A stretch of DNA of 64,000 nt from an uncultured delta proteobacterium (GCA_963769935.1 CAVYNY010000010.1:224001-288000); one strand, 5' to 3'. Positions 1 to 11,068 are shown, counted from the first letter of the stretch. Notes: a model not told the origin generated them from the sequence alone. Program-made: numbers and translations.

Positions 1-179
1 ACACCAAAATCCTCAGGAGTCACCAATCCGCAGACATCGCCCGGCCAGCTTGCAAACATCGGATCAACGGATATAAACGCCTCCAGGCGCTGCCTTTCTA
101 CCGGAATCGTGCACTCCCTGTCCGGTATTACAATGACATCCTTTTCCTTTTTAGTGTCATGCACATAATATGCAATCAT
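1..179 (-). CDS. Hypothetical protein, N-terminal part (runs off window edge)
   Basis: Minus-strand ATG at 179 preceded by AGGGAGG RBS; open frame MIAYYVHDTKKEKDVIVIPDRECTIPVERQRLEAF... to the edge. Confidence 0.6.
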   Translation of the reverse strand, partial: MIAYYVHDTKKEKDVIVIPDRECTIPVERQRLEAFISVDPMFASWPGDVCGLVTPEDFG

Positions 180-190
180 CGTTCCTCCCT

Positions 191-232
191 TTCTTATTCT
201 CAAGACTCAGGTTCTTATTCTCAAGACTCAGG
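191..232. repeat. Perfect 21-bp tandem duplication TTCTTATTCTCAAGACTCAGG x2
   Basis: Read directly: 191-211 equals 212-232. Confidence 0.9.
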
Positions 233-494
233 CAGATTAGGTCTTATTCGGGATAATATAAAACAACTTTTACAGCATTTCGAGAAATATTTAATATGAG
301 ATCAGCTAAGCTGATTTCATATTGATTAACCTTAACGATTATGCAAATAAATAAATTAATTCCGGCTCCGAAAGGGCTTCGTCATTTAAAGATTTTTTGT
401 CTTATAAAACTTTCCAATGCAACTGGTCTAGAATTCAATTTGACGGTGGCATGGCTCCGGATTTGAATTCTTTACTTCTAAGGAGGCTGATATT

Positions 495-1664
495 ATGCCG
501 ATTGCTGAAAAAATGGCAGAGATGATCGAAAGATCAACCATGATCAAAAATATGTTTGAAGAAGGCGCCCGTCTCAAAGCGGTTCACGGACCGGAGAATG
601 TCTTCGATTTTTCCCTGGGCAACCCGGATGTCCCGCCGCCGCCTGAATTTAAAAAAGTGCTTCGGGAGCTGATCAACGACGACGCTTTGTATCACGGATA
701 CACACCGAGTGCGGGGTATCCCCAAGTACGCCAGGCCGTTGCCGACTACCTGAGCAGCGAGCACGGGTTTAATTTTACACCGGATTTGATCATTATGACC
801 GTCGGGGCAGCCGGCGCCTTAAATGATATTCTCATGACGCTGACCAACACCGGCGAGGAAATATTGACTCCTTCACCTTATTTTGTCGGCTACCTGCAAT
901 ATTCATCCGTCGCCGGCGCCGCCCTTCGGACGGTGCCGACGGACGCCGATTTCCACCTGGACCTGGCGGCCATCGAAAAGGCCATCACCGCCGGCACCCG
1001 CGTGATGCTGATCAACTCCCCCAACAATCCGACCGGTGCCATCTACTCGGCCGGGGAATTATCCGGCTTAGGTGAGATATTGGAAAGGGCCAGTCAAAAA
1101 TTCGGCAAGCGGGTTTATCTCGTCTCGGATGAACCCTATCGCAAGGTCGCCTATGAGGTGGAAGTACCGTCGGTGTTTCAGGCCTATGACCACACGATTA
1201 TGGTCAGCTCCTACTCCAAGGAACTTTCCCTGGCCGGCGAACGCATCGGCTATCTGGCGATTCATCCCGATGCCGAAGACGTGCAACTGGTGGCCGGAGC
1301 CGCCACAGTTGCCAACACCATGCTGTGCGTAAATGCCCCCAGCATGATCCAGCTGGCAGTTGCCCGGTTGCAAGGCATTACGGTGGATGTTTCGATTTAC
1401 AGGCGGCGACGGGATATGCTTTGCAAAGGGCTTTCTGAAGCCGGCTACGAATTTAAAGTCCCCGAAGGCGCATTTTACCTGTTCCCCAAAAGCCCGATTC
1501 CCGATGACGTTAAATTCATTGACCGGTTGAAGGAGGAGCTTATCCTGGCGGTGCCGGGGGTCGGCTTCGGCGCACCGGGCTATTTTCGCCTGTCCTATGC
1601 CGTGCCGGACTCAACAATTACCGGTTCTTTCAAAGGCTTCAAGCGGGCGCTGGAGAAAATTTGA
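495..1664 (+). CDS. PLP-dependent aminotransferase class I/II (aspartate aminotransferase-like)
   Basis: DFSLGNPD, NSPNNPTG, SDEPY and SYSKELSLAGERIGY motifs; AGGAGG RBS. Confidence 0.92.
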   Translation: MPIAEKMAEMIERSTMIKNMFEEGARLKAVHGPENVFDFSLGNPDVPPPPEFKKVLRELINDDALYHGYTPSAGYPQVRQAVADYLSSEHGFNFTPDLIIMTVGAAGALNDILMTLTNTGEEILTPSPYFVGYLQYSSVAGAALRTVPTDADFHLDLAAIEKAITAGTRVMLINSPNNPTGAIYSAGELSGLGEILERASQKFGKRVYLVSDEPYRKVAYEVEVPSVFQAYDHTIMVSSYSKELSLAGERIGYLAIHPDAEDVQLVAGAATVANTMLCVNAPSMIQLAVARLQGITVDVSIYRRRRDMLCKGLSEAGYEFKVPEGAFYLFPKSPIPDDVKFIDRLKEELILAVPGVGFGAPGYFRLSYAVPDSTITGSFKGFKRALEKI

Positions 1665-1986
1665 CTTGCGACGTCCAGAATTATCCTAAGCGCATTGGGA
1701 TTCAGGTTAAAGCGAGAGCTTTCGGTTTGGCCGCTGCCCGCATGACTGGGAGAGTCAATCAATTTCGAGTGCTTTGAATTCCTGCAAGCAGGTTTCGGTT
1801 TGACCCCGGATTACCGACTAACGGTCCAGCAGGCGATAAGTAAATGTGATGTCAAAGACCAAGGCCTTTAATTCGCTGAATTAGGTATTAAATTGTAAGC
1901 ATATTATTTTAATACCCTAACCCGCACACGCCGGGATTGAAGATTGCAAATTCAATTTCCAATCGAAAATATTCAATTATGCTGCA

Positions 1987-3183
1987 ATGCCGTATCAAAA
2001 CGAGTATAACACGCAGCGCAATGTCGCCCTGCTTTCATTAAGCCAGGCAACGCTCATAACGGGCACGTCCCTGCTGCTGGCGTCCTCGGCAATCGTCGGC
2101 CTGGCTTTAGCCGGTCATAAATTGCTGGCGACCCTGCCGCTGGCGCTGTTATATTTAGCCCAGATGGCGACCACCATTCCGGCTTCCCTGTATATGGCAA
2201 GAGTGGGTCGCCGGCTGGGCTTCATGACCAGTTCCATGTTTGGTCTGGCCGGCGCCGCAGTGGCAACCGGTGCGGTTTTCAAAGGCGAATTCAGCATATT
2301 TTGCATCGGCACCACTTTAATCGGCGTGTTCAACGGGTTTGGGCAGTACTATCGGTTTACCGCTGCCGAAGTTGCCGCAGATGACTATCGCAGCCGCGCT
2401 ATCTCGTATGTGCTGGCCGGCGGAATTATTGCTGCATTTGCGGGACCGAATTTGGCCAATTGGTCCAGGCATTTGCTGCCTGAAAATTTTGCCGGCAGCT
2501 ATGCCAGTCTGATAGGCCTTTATCTGCTGGCCTTCGGGTTGGCATTTTTTCTGCGAATTCCAAAGCCGGCGGCGGTTTCCATGTCACAGGGCAGGCGGCC
2601 GTTAAGCGTTATCGCCCGCCAACCCGCCTATCTGGTGGCCGTTGCCAGCGCCATGGTCGGATATGGTGTCATGAATTTCATCATGATCGCCACGCCGCTT
2701 GCCATGCAGGGGTATGCCTATGCGTTTTCAGACACGGCGTTTGTTATCCAGTGGCATGTATTCGGGATGTTTGTTCCGTCTTTTTTCACCGGCCATTTGA
2801 TCAGGCGGTTCGGCATATCCAATATCATGCTGACGGGGGTTTTGCTGCTGGGTTTATGTGTCTGGATAAATTTTACCGGAACAACCGTCGCCCATTTCTG
2901 GGGGGCCCTTATTTTACTGGGCCTGGGCTGGAATTTTCTGTTTGTCGGCGCAACCACCCTGCTGACCGAAACCTATACCCCGGTTGAAAAGGCAAAAGCT
3001 CAAGCCCTGAACGACTTTTTGGTGTTTGGAACCGTCACCCTCACCTCCTTCAGTTCCGGTGCGGTCCAGCAGGCCCTGGGATGGCAAAGCATCAACATGG
3101 CGGTCATCCCCTTCCTGGTTCTGGTTGTAATTGCCAATTTGTGGCTGCGAACCAAACCGCAATTGCAGTCTTCATATCAATAA
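1987..3183 (+). CDS. MFS transporter
   Basis: About 12 hydrophobic segments; YRFTAAE and VIQWHVFGMFVPSFFTG motifs. Confidence 0.88.
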   Translation: MPYQNEYNTQRNVALLSLSQATLITGTSLLLASSAIVGLALAGHKLLATLPLALLYLAQMATTIPASLYMARVGRRLGFMTSSMFGLAGAAVATGAVFKGEFSIFCIGTTLIGVFNGFGQYYRFTAAEVAADDYRSRAISYVLAGGIIAAFAGPNLANWSRHLLPENFAGSYASLIGLYLLAFGLAFFLRIPKPAAVSMSQGRRPLSVIARQPAYLVAVASAMVGYGVMNFIMIATPLAMQGYAYAFSDTAFVIQWHVFGMFVPSFFTGHLIRRFGISNIMLTGVLLLGLCVWINFTGTTVAHFWGALILLGLGWNFLFVGATTLLTETYTPVEKAKAQALNDFLVFGTVTLTSFSSGAVQQALGWQSINMAVIPFLVLVVIANLWLRTKPQLQSSYQ

Positions 3184-3374
3184 ACAGCGCAAAAAATAAA
3201 TAAAATCACGAAAACACGAAAAAAAAGAAAAATGTACCCGTTTAGCCCTTTGAGAAACCAGGAAGGCATCTGGAGGAGATTCGCTTTTTAAAGCGGTAAC
3301 CTGTTTGCAACAAAAAAATGTATATGGCCCAGACTCGTTGAGCCTAGTCAAAAATTCTAAACAAGGAGCAATAT

Positions 3375-4388
3375 ATGAATACACATGTAAGCCGCGAGAT
3401 ACGACTGAAAAACCGTCCTGCCGGACTGCCGAGTGAAAGTGATTTTGAACTTGCCGAAGTAACACTGCCGCCAGTCGGCAACAGACAGGTTCTCGTTCAG
3501 AATATCTATATGTCGGTGGATCCTTACATGCGCGGACGCATGGTGGATCGCAAAAGCTATGTGCCGCCGTTTCAACTAAATCAGCCCCTGGAAGGCGGCT
3601 GTGTCGGCCGCGTGGTCGAATCCAAAAACGACCAATTTCAGGCCGGCGATTTTGTTCTGGGAATGTCGGGATGGCGGGAGTATTTTATTTCCGGCGGCTC
3701 AGGACTCACCAAAATAGACCCCAAAGTCGCCCCTATCCAGGCCTATCTGGGCACCGTCGGGATGCCGGGACTCACGGCTTACTACGGTCTGCTCGAGGTC
3801 GGCAAACCTAAAGCAGGGGAAACGGTGTTTGTTTCGGCGGCCTCCGGTGCGGTGGGGTCGATTGTCTGCCAGATCGCCAGGATCAAAGGCTGTCGGGTGG
3901 TCGGAAGCGCTGGATCGGATGAAAAAGCTGCCTGGCTCCTGGAAGAAGCCGGGGTGGATGCGGCCTTCAACTATAAAAAAGCCGGCAACGTTATGGCCGA
4001 AGTCGGCAAGCTCTGTCCCAAAGGCATCGATGTTTATTATGAAAATGTAGGTGGGGTTCATCTGGAAGCTGCCTTGGAGCACATGAACAAATTCGGCCGC
4101 ATCGTCATGTGCGGCATGATCGCCATATACAATGCCGTGGGCCCGGTTCCCGGACCTTCGAATCTTTTTTATATAATCGGCAAGCAACTGACGATGCAGG
4201 GCTTTATAGTCTCCGATCACTTCGACAAGTTGGCGCAGTTTTACGCCGATATGGGAAAATGGATTGCCGAAGGTAAAATCAAATGGCAAGAAACCATCAT
4301 CGAGGGTCTGGAAAATGCACCCCGGGCTTTTATCGGTCTTTTCAAAGGTGAAAATTCAGGTAAAATGATTGTCAAAATCGGCGAATAG
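3375..4388 (+). CDS. NADP-dependent oxidoreductase (CurA/prostaglandin reductase-like MDR family)
   Basis: SVDPYMRGRM, GMPGLTAYYGL, VSAASGAVGS and GENSGKMIV motifs. Confidence 0.92.
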   Translation: MNTHVSREIRLKNRPAGLPSESDFELAEVTLPPVGNRQVLVQNIYMSVDPYMRGRMVDRKSYVPPFQLNQPLEGGCVGRVVESKNDQFQAGDFVLGMSGWREYFISGGSGLTKIDPKVAPIQAYLGTVGMPGLTAYYGLLEVGKPKAGETVFVSAASGAVGSIVCQIARIKGCRVVGSAGSDEKAAWLLEEAGVDAAFNYKKAGNVMAEVGKLCPKGIDVYYENVGGVHLEAALEHMNKFGRIVMCGMIAIYNAVGPVPGPSNLFYIIGKQLTMQGFIVSDHFDKLAQFYADMGKWIAEGKIKWQETIIEGLENAPRAFIGLFKGENSGKMIVKIGE

Positions 4389-4487
4389 GATTGGTTGAAC
4401 TGTTGACTGGTTGCATGGTTTATTAGTATATAAGGGCTTGAACCTTTATTGATTTAACTATTTGACTATTCAGCGAAAGCGTAAGCC

Positions 4488-5498
4488 ATGCGACCGAAGC
4501 CGGTGGTTGTTGCCATATTGGGCCTTATTCTATCGACAGCCATGATTTATCCGGAAGACTCACCCGGTGGTTTAAACCCGAAGGAGGAAAAAAGCTTTTC
4601 GGGTTCACCGGGCACAGCAGCTGTTTCCGAAGCCGCGATTGGTGAAATCATAAAGGAGCAATCCGAAGACCAATCAACGTGCTGGTTTTATAGTGATCCC
4701 CGGGGAAAACTCAAGGGCGTTGCTTTGGTGATTCACGGTCTTAATTTGCGGCCCGACAGGATGCAGCCCATTATTTCAAGGCTGACCGCATCCGGAATCG
4801 ATGTCCTGGGTTTGTCCCTGCGCGGGCATGGCGAAAACTATACCCACGGCAATGGTCCGGCTGAAATTCAAGCGAGATTGGAGGCTTTCAAAAAAGTATC
4901 TTATCAGTTGTGGATGAATGAAGCCTACCTGGCTTATTTGCAGCTTAAGGAAAGAGCCGAAGAAAAAGGGGTTCCAATGTTTCTTACTGCATTTTCTTTA
5001 GGCGGTTTGATCGGATTGGACCTGTTTGCTTGCAATCCGGACGTCCGGTTTGACAAGTTAGTCCTGTTTGCGCCGGCCATAAGACTGCACGCTTCTATTT
5101 ATCTCGAACGGGTGTTGTCTCCTTTCCCGCGATTGGTGATACCGAGCATGGCGCCTAAAAATTACCTTGCCAATAAAAAGGGAACTCCCATTGCAGCCTA
5201 TAATGCCTTGTTCGACGGGATTGACCGATTCAACAAAAATGCCGATCAAAAATTAAACGTGCCCACCCTGATTTTCATCGACCGGCAGGACGAATTTATT
5301 CCACTTCCGAAGCTAAAGGAGTTGGTAAAAAAACAAGGCTGGAATCAATGGCAATTTTACATTGTCCAAAAAGATAAGTCCGCCCGGGATGAAACTTTTT
5401 ATCACCACATCATCGATGCGTCTGCCACAGGAGAAACTGTCTGGCAGGATATGATGAAGGCCGCTTTGAATCATTTGATGAAGCCAACATCGAATTAA
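4488..5498 (+). CDS. Secreted alpha/beta hydrolase
   Basis: Hydrophobic N-terminus; IHGLN, LRGHG and A-F-S-L-G nucleophile elbow. Confidence 0.75.
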   Translation: MRPKPVVVAILGLILSTAMIYPEDSPGGLNPKEEKSFSGSPGTAAVSEAAIGEIIKEQSEDQSTCWFYSDPRGKLKGVALVIHGLNLRPDRMQPIISRLTASGIDVLGLSLRGHGENYTHGNGPAEIQARLEAFKKVSYQLWMNEAYLAYLQLKERAEEKGVPMFLTAFSLGGLIGLDLFACNPDVRFDKLVLFAPAIRLHASIYLERVLSPFPRLVIPSMAPKNYLANKKGTPIAAYNALFDGIDRFNKNADQKLNVPTLIFIDRQDEFIPLPKLKELVKKQGWNQWQFYIVQKDKSARDETFYHHIIDASATGETVWQDMMKAALNHLMKPTSN

Positions 5499-6213
5499 TC
5501 CGCTCTAAAAACCGGCACATCCAGGGTTCTGAATTGTTTTTTGATATCTGAACGAAGCCCTAAACCCAATATGTTTTTTTGTTGTCCTGCTCGCTGCTGC
5601 GCCAGCGGTAGAATCAATATTGTTTCCATGAAAACGTCAAAAAATTGTCGAATTTACCACAACGACAGCTTGCCAATTAGCATAAACGGGCAGCCTTTCA
5701 CTTCGGCAATTCGATCTTCATAAAGCAGCACTCATTGCTTATACCTCACCGCGGATAGATCCGGAACCGGCATTTCATTCATCTATGATCTCGTGAAGCC
5801 TTAATTCGTATGCACTATTCGGATGCACTGCTTACCAGTCGCCCGAATAATGAGGATCTGGCTTGGGAAAAATATTATTTTTTTACGAAGCCGCCACTAT
5901 ATATTTCAAGCAGCTCCGATCCATTTGACGCTGAATGGCACAAATATTGCTGACTATAAATGTAGAAAACAGCATGCCTGGTTCCACGAAAGGCATAGCT
6001 ATTGTAGGAGGTAATCATCGTGCAGATCAGTGAACTATGTTTTTGTAAGCGGGATATAATTTCCGTCTGCACAGCCGGCGGCAAAGAGCAGCAAAAAAAT
6101 TGCTGTTTCTATCAAAAGTCAACCTATAAAAACGCCTGCATGTATTTCGTTTTTGACACATACTGCGATTGTGTAGAAGCGCAGCGCAACACCCAATATG
6201 TTATTTGATTACG

Positions 6214-7452
6214 CTACTCTTTCCAATCCGCCGGGCAGGTGAGCTGACCCAGCACCGCCCGTCTGATCCAATCCAAACCCTGGATTGCAAGCCAGCTGCG
6301 GATATAATCTGAATCCTGGTAGTTGCGGCCCTGCTTGAGGACCTGCATAGCGCGCGGTCCGCATAGGGCAATGAAGGTCGAATTGTCGTTGAAAGGGCCG
6401 ATCAGCGCCAAGCCGACCCCGCCGGGCGGTGCGGCGAACTGTGCCAGGCCCATGGCAAGCGTGCTGTAATCCCCGTCCGGCTCACCTGCTTGAGACGCCA
6501 GGCCGGCCTTTTGCAATGCCGCCGCCACATCGACGGCATGCAGGTCGGTTGTGATCAGATCACCGAATCCGGCATCGATCAGCTCACGGGCCAGAAGACC
6601 TCCGGTAAGGGTATCGATCACGCCTAAGTGTAAATTCTTTTTTGACAACAACTGTCCGATCACTCCAGGAACGGTTTCTTTTTCCACGCCGTAAACGGCC
6701 ACGCCCAGCCGCCGCCGAACTTCGGCTTCAAGGGGCGCGATGAGGGCATCGGCCTGCGTCTCGGTGTCGGCCTTGGCCGTGATACGGACATCGGTTTGAC
6801 CCGCATGGGCAGCCAACCCGATGGTCGGATTTTGCTGAGTCATCAAATCGCCGATCACCCGATCGACGTTGCTTTCGCCCACAGCGCAGGTTCTCAAGAC
6901 CCTGATCTTAGTGACCTTGGCTCCCCCCATTCTTTCGATCAGCAGCGGAATCACTTTTTTGCTCAGCATATACTCCAGCTCGCGCGGCACTCCGGGCAGG
7001 GAGATAACAATCCCGCGTCCCCGGATATCTTCACAAAGAAAGCAGGGCGCCGTCCCCACCGGATTGGACAGCGGCAAGGCGTTTTCCGGAATATACGCCT
7101 GGCGCTTATTGTTTTCCGCCATCGCACGGCCGAAACTTCGAAAACGGGCTGCGATTTGCGCTTCCAGATCGGTGCTGTAAATTAGTTTACGGCCGGTCGC
7201 ATTGGCGACGGCCTGGCGCGTCATGTCATCGACGGTCGGCCCGATACCGCCCGAGGTTATGATGACATCCGAGCGATCCAATGCCAGATTGAGGACTTGT
7301 GTTATCCGGCCTTCGTTGTCGCCGACGGTCGTTTTGTAATAAAGGTCAAGTCCGATCTCGCGCAAGGCTTTGGCCAATCTGTTGGCGTTGGTGTCAACCA
7401 GTTCGCCCAGCAAAAGCTCCGTGCCGATCATCACAATTTCTGCGTGCATCAC
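6214..7452 (-). CDS. cinA: CinA-family protein (MocF-like N-domain plus degenerate PncC-like C-domain)
   Basis: IGTELLLGELVDTN, TVGDN, SGGIGPTVDDMT, NPVGTAP and LPGVPRE motifs. Confidence 0.85.
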   Translation of the reverse strand: MMHAEIVMIGTELLLGELVDTNANRLAKALREIGLDLYYKTTVGDNEGRITQVLNLALDRSDVIITSGGIGPTVDDMTRQAVANATGRKLIYSTDLEAQIAARFRSFGRAMAENNKRQAYIPENALPLSNPVGTAPCFLCEDIRGRGIVISLPGVPRELEYMLSKKVIPLLIERMGGAKVTKIRVLRTCAVGESNVDRVIGDLMTQQNPTIGLAAHAGQTDVRITAKADTETQADALIAPLEAEVRRRLGVAVYGVEKETVPGVIGQLLSKKNLHLGVIDTLTGGLLARELIDAGFGDLITTDLHAVDVAAALQKAGLASQAGEPDGDYSTLAMGLAQFAAPPGGVGLALIGPFNDNSTFIALCGPRAMQVLKQGRNYQDSDYIRSWLAIQGLDWIRRAVLGQLTCPADWKE

Positions 7453-7768
7453 AGGTCTCCATAATTGCTGCGTATTTTTATGCGGTTTTTATCTTTTCAA
7501 TTTCATTTCTGATCCTGATGTCAAATAATAGACACGAACTAATTCCTGTAAAATAATTCATGAGGATATGAATGTCTATGACTCGTCCCGAATACAGGTG
7601 TTGGCAAGTTTCATTTAAGAAACTATGTCAGTCGAAATTATTTTACCAGTGAAAACCGCTACAAGTCAATTCTCTGTCAGGAAGAAGTCTCTCTCAAGGA
7701 ACTGGTCCGTTACATCCATCTCAACCCATTGCGTGCAGGAATTAAGGAGACTGTTCAAGCTGGAGAAA

Positions 7769-8734
7769 TTAAAGGTTGATCTGCCAGCAGCGGTGGCTGG
7801 CTTTTTTCTTGCTGCGGTAGTCTTCGGGAATCGTGAGATCGGTTATATCCTTCACAGCGGCAACCTTCAGATCGTCGGTGCGCAGCGTGAAGTCCTGGTG
7901 GTTGGTGGAAAAAAAGATGACTGCCCCTGCTCTCATCACGTCGATCACGGCGCGCAGCAGGGTGGGGTGATCCCGGACGATGTCGAAGGCCGCATTATGG
8001 ATCCGGGTGGTGGAATAGGACGGGGGGTCCACCACGGCAAGGTCGAAGGCCTGGCCCCGACGTTTGGCGGTTTTTAAAAAATCCACCGTGTCTGCCTGCA
8101 CCAGACGGTTTGTGACAACAGAAATCCGGTTGAGTTGCATGTTCTGCCGGGCCCACTGAATCGCGGTTTTCGACCGGTCCACCGACAGGGTCGTCCGGGC
8201 TCCGCCCGTCGCGGCATAACACGAAAAGGTCGCGGTGTAACAGTAGAGGTTGAGAAAGTCTTTGCCCGCGGCCATTTCCCGGACCATCTGCCGGGTGTTG
8301 CGGTGGTCGGCAAACAGCCCGGTGTCCACGAAATCGTAAGGGTTGACGTAGAACTTGAGGTCCCGTTCGGCCACCACGAACTTCCGGTTGGTGTGATCGA
8401 TGCGTTCGTAGCGTTTGCCGTCCTGCTTGCCGGCGCGCCGTCGCTTGAGGTGAACTTTATCCGGAGGCACGCCGAGAGCTTCAGCCACGGCCTGCCCCAT
8501 GGCCGGCAGCCATTCCGGCACAGATTGCCGCCGCATGTATTCCCCGATCACGAGGTGGCCGCCGTACCAGTCAACCACTGCACGAATTTCCGGGATGTCC
8601 CAATCGTAGAGCCGAAAAACTTCGATGCGCTGCCTGTCAAACCGCTTGTACAGATGGTTGAAGCGCTTCTTTACCCGGTTGGCAAGCATCTGGCCCTGGC
8701 TCCGGAGGGGTTCCGGAATGTCGTGTTCCGCCAT
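7769..8734 (-). CDS. SAM-dependent rRNA methyltransferase, stand-alone RlmK/RlmI-like
   Basis: FRLYDWDIPE, DTGLFADHR, FLNLYCYTATFS and VVDPPSYS motifs; start placed at MAEHDIPE. Confidence 0.85.
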   Translation of the reverse strand: MAEHDIPEPLRSQGQMLANRVKKRFNHLYKRFDRQRIEVFRLYDWDIPEIRAVVDWYGGHLVIGEYMRRQSVPEWLPAMGQAVAEALGVPPDKVHLKRRRAGKQDGKRYERIDHTNRKFVVAERDLKFYVNPYDFVDTGLFADHRNTRQMVREMAAGKDFLNLYCYTATFSCYAATGGARTTLSVDRSKTAIQWARQNMQLNRISVVTNRLVQADTVDFLKTAKRRGQAFDLAVVDPPSYSTTRIHNAAFDIVRDHPTLLRAVIDVMRAGAVIFFSTNHQDFTLRTDDLKVAAVKDITDLTIPEDYRSKKKASHRCWQINL

Positions 8735-8905
8735 GTCGAAAGTGTCTCTTAAATCTTTTTGAAAAAAAGTATGATCAATACAATCCGTGTCTTGCGCATA
8801 ACACTTGGGACGCAACACTAGCAGGATTGGGAGGTCCTGTCAATTAAACTCGCCGATCGGCGTGCCGACACAGCCGGCTTGCAACCTGCCGAAACGTGAT
8901 CCATA

Positions 8906-8934
8906 TTGACACACAGCCACCTTCCTGGCATATT
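8906..8934 (+). promoter_or_regulatory. Putative sigma70 promoter of ettA
   Basis: TTGACA-17 bp-CATATT about 75 bp upstream of the ATG. Confidence 0.4.
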
Positions 8935-9009
8935 CAGACCTTCAAAAAAAAGACGATCTTTTAACTTTGAAAGACACGGTACCCGTCAATGGTACCGGGG
9001 AGGCGCATC

Positions 9010-10695
9010 ATGAGTCAGCAACCGGACAAAATCATCTGCTCCATGGTACGGGTGAGCAAATATTACAACAAAAAGCCCGTCTTGCAGGATATATCACTGT
9101 CGTACTTTTACGGCGCCAAAATCGGGGTGCTGGGGCTTAACGGGTCGGGCAAAACTTCGTTTCTGCGCATCATGGCCGGCGTGGATACCGAATTCAACGG
9201 CGAAATGATCATGGCCCCCGGATACACGGTCGGGTACCTTGAGCAGGAACCGGTCCTGGACGAAAGCAAGACCGTGCGGGAGATCGTGGAGCAAGGGGTC
9301 CAGGAATCCGTAGACTTGCTGGAAGAATTCAACCGGATCAACACCCAATTTGCCGAGCCCATGTCCGAGGAAGAGATGAACCGTTTGATCGAACGGCAGG
9401 GTGAAGTCCAGGAGAAACTGGACGCCCTGGATGCATGGGATTTGGACGCCCGGCTGGAGATGGCCATGGATGCCCTGCGCTGCCCGGAGGGCGACACACC
9501 GGTCAAAATTCTCTCCGGCGGTGAACGGCGCCGGGCGGCGCTGTGCCGCCTGCTGCTGCGGCGACCCGACATTCTGTTGCTGGACGAACCCACCAACCAT
9601 CTGGACGCCGAAACGGTTGCCTGGCTCGAGCATCATTTGCAGCAGTACCCGGGGACGGTCATTGCCGTCACCCATGACCGCTATTTCCTCGACAATGTGG
9701 CCGGATGGATCCTGGAACTTGACCAGGGGCGGGGCATCCCATGGAAAGGCAACTACTCTTCCTGGCTGGCACAAAAACAGGAGCGTCTGCGCCAGGAAGA
9801 AAGCGCGGAGAGCCAGCGCCGCAAAACGCTGCAGCGGGAGCTGGAGTGGATCCACATGACCCCGCAGGCGCGGCAGACCAAGTCCCGCGCCCGCATCAAG
9901 GCCTATGAACGACTGCTGTCCCATGAAAGCGCGGCCCGGGCCAAAGAACTCGAGATCTACATTCCCCCCGGACCGCGCCTCGGTGACGTGGTGGTTGAGG
10001 CCCGGACCGTAGCCAAGGGCTATGGAAACCAGCTGCTGATGGAAAACCTGAACTTTTCGCTGCCGCCGGGCGGGATCGTCGGCGTGATCGGACCCAACGG
10101 CGCCGGCAAGACCACGCTGTTTCGTATGATCACCGGACAAGAGACCCCGGATTCAGGCCGGTTCAGAACCGGAGACACCGTGCGCTTGGCTTATGTCGAC
10201 CAGTCCCGGCAAAGCCTGGATCCCGCAAAAACCCTCTGGGAGGTCATATCCGGGGGCGACGACATGGTTGTGCTCGGGGGAATCACCGTCAAGTCCCGGG
10301 CCTATGCGGCCCGCTTCAATTTCACCGGGCCGGACCAGCAGAAAAAAGTGAGCATGCTCTCCGGGGGCGAGCGCAACCGTGTGCATCTGGCCTGTATGCT
10401 CAAAGAAGGCGCCAACGTCATTCTGCTGGACGAACCCACCAACGATCTCGACGTCAACACCATGCGGGCCCTGGAAGAGGCCCTGGAAAACTTTGCGGGC
10501 TGTGCCGTGGTGATCAGCCACGACCGATGGTTTCTGGATCGCATTGCCAGCCACATCCTGGCCTTCGAGGGGGAAAGTCGCGTGGTCTGGTTCGAAGGGA
10601 ATTATTCGGATTACGAGGCGGACCGCAAACGGAGGCTGGGCGCCGAAGCAGATCGCCCCCACCGGATCAAATACCGCCAGTTGACGCGGGGTTGA
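9010..10695 (+). CDS. ettA: Energy-dependent translational throttle ABC-F ATPase
   Basis: Two ABC domains (GLNGSGKT, GPNGAGKT), GIPWKGNYSSWL, C-terminal PHRIKYRQL. Confidence 0.95.
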   Translation: MSQQPDKIICSMVRVSKYYNKKPVLQDISLSYFYGAKIGVLGLNGSGKTSFLRIMAGVDTEFNGEMIMAPGYTVGYLEQEPVLDESKTVREIVEQGVQESVDLLEEFNRINTQFAEPMSEEEMNRLIERQGEVQEKLDALDAWDLDARLEMAMDALRCPEGDTPVKILSGGERRRAALCRLLLRRPDILLLDEPTNHLDAETVAWLEHHLQQYPGTVIAVTHDRYFLDNVAGWILELDQGRGIPWKGNYSSWLAQKQERLRQEESAESQRRKTLQRELEWIHMTPQARQTKSRARIKAYERLLSHESAARAKELEIYIPPGPRLGDVVVEARTVAKGYGNQLLMENLNFSLPPGGIVGVIGPNGAGKTTLFRMITGQETPDSGRFRTGDTVRLAYVDQSRQSLDPAKTLWEVISGGDDMVVLGGITVKSRAYAARFNFTGPDQQKKVSMLSGGERNRVHLACMLKEGANVILLDEPTNDLDVNTMRALEEALENFAGCAVVISHDRWFLDRIASHILAFEGESRVVWFEGNYSDYEADRKRRLGAEADRPHRIKYRQLTRG

Positions 10696-10744
10696 CCTGA
10701 ATCACCTCCCAGCCTTGCTTGGCAATGAATTCGCGAAATACGAT

Positions 10745-11068
10745 TCAGCGCTGCGCCGATCGCGGCGCTTTGCCGGCCAGCGGATTGTAGAGCTTCATAA
10801 TGGCGAATTTCATCACGTCCAGGGTTTTCATGTCCGTGATGATGCCCAGCAGCTTGTCTTCGGCTTCAGGCGGAAGCACACAGGCGTTCTTCGAATCGAA
10901 ATTCAACCCGGGAAAACCCTTGACGAGCTTCCTCTGGTCCTTCTGGCTCATCGCCACTTGCACAGCTTTTTTTCCGTCAATCTCGACGATCTTGTCCGCC
11001 ATGCCGGCGTCCTCAATTTTCTTTAGTTTGTCGTCTTTCAGAAACACGTTGATAGTGAAGTCTCCCAT
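10745..11068 (-). CDS. Small hypothetical protein
   Basis: 107 aa ORF with GGGAGG RBS and natural composition; family not recognised. Confidence 0.7.
   Translation of the reverse strand: MGDFTINVFLKDDKLKKIEDAGMADKIVEIDGKKAVQVAMSQKDQRKLVKGFPGLNFDSKNACVLPPEAEDKLLGIITDMKTLDVMKFAIMKLYNPLAGKAPRSAQR

Noticed and set aside
5500..6210. Short ORFs in the AT-rich gap after the hydrolase gene
   Set aside because: No recognisable motifs or coherent reading frame; no RNA gene could be supported
9094..10662. Long antisense ORFs opposite ettA, and similar ones opposite hdrA, fdh and MFS genes
   Set aside because: Shadow ORFs expected from GC-rich codon usage; no motifs or RBS
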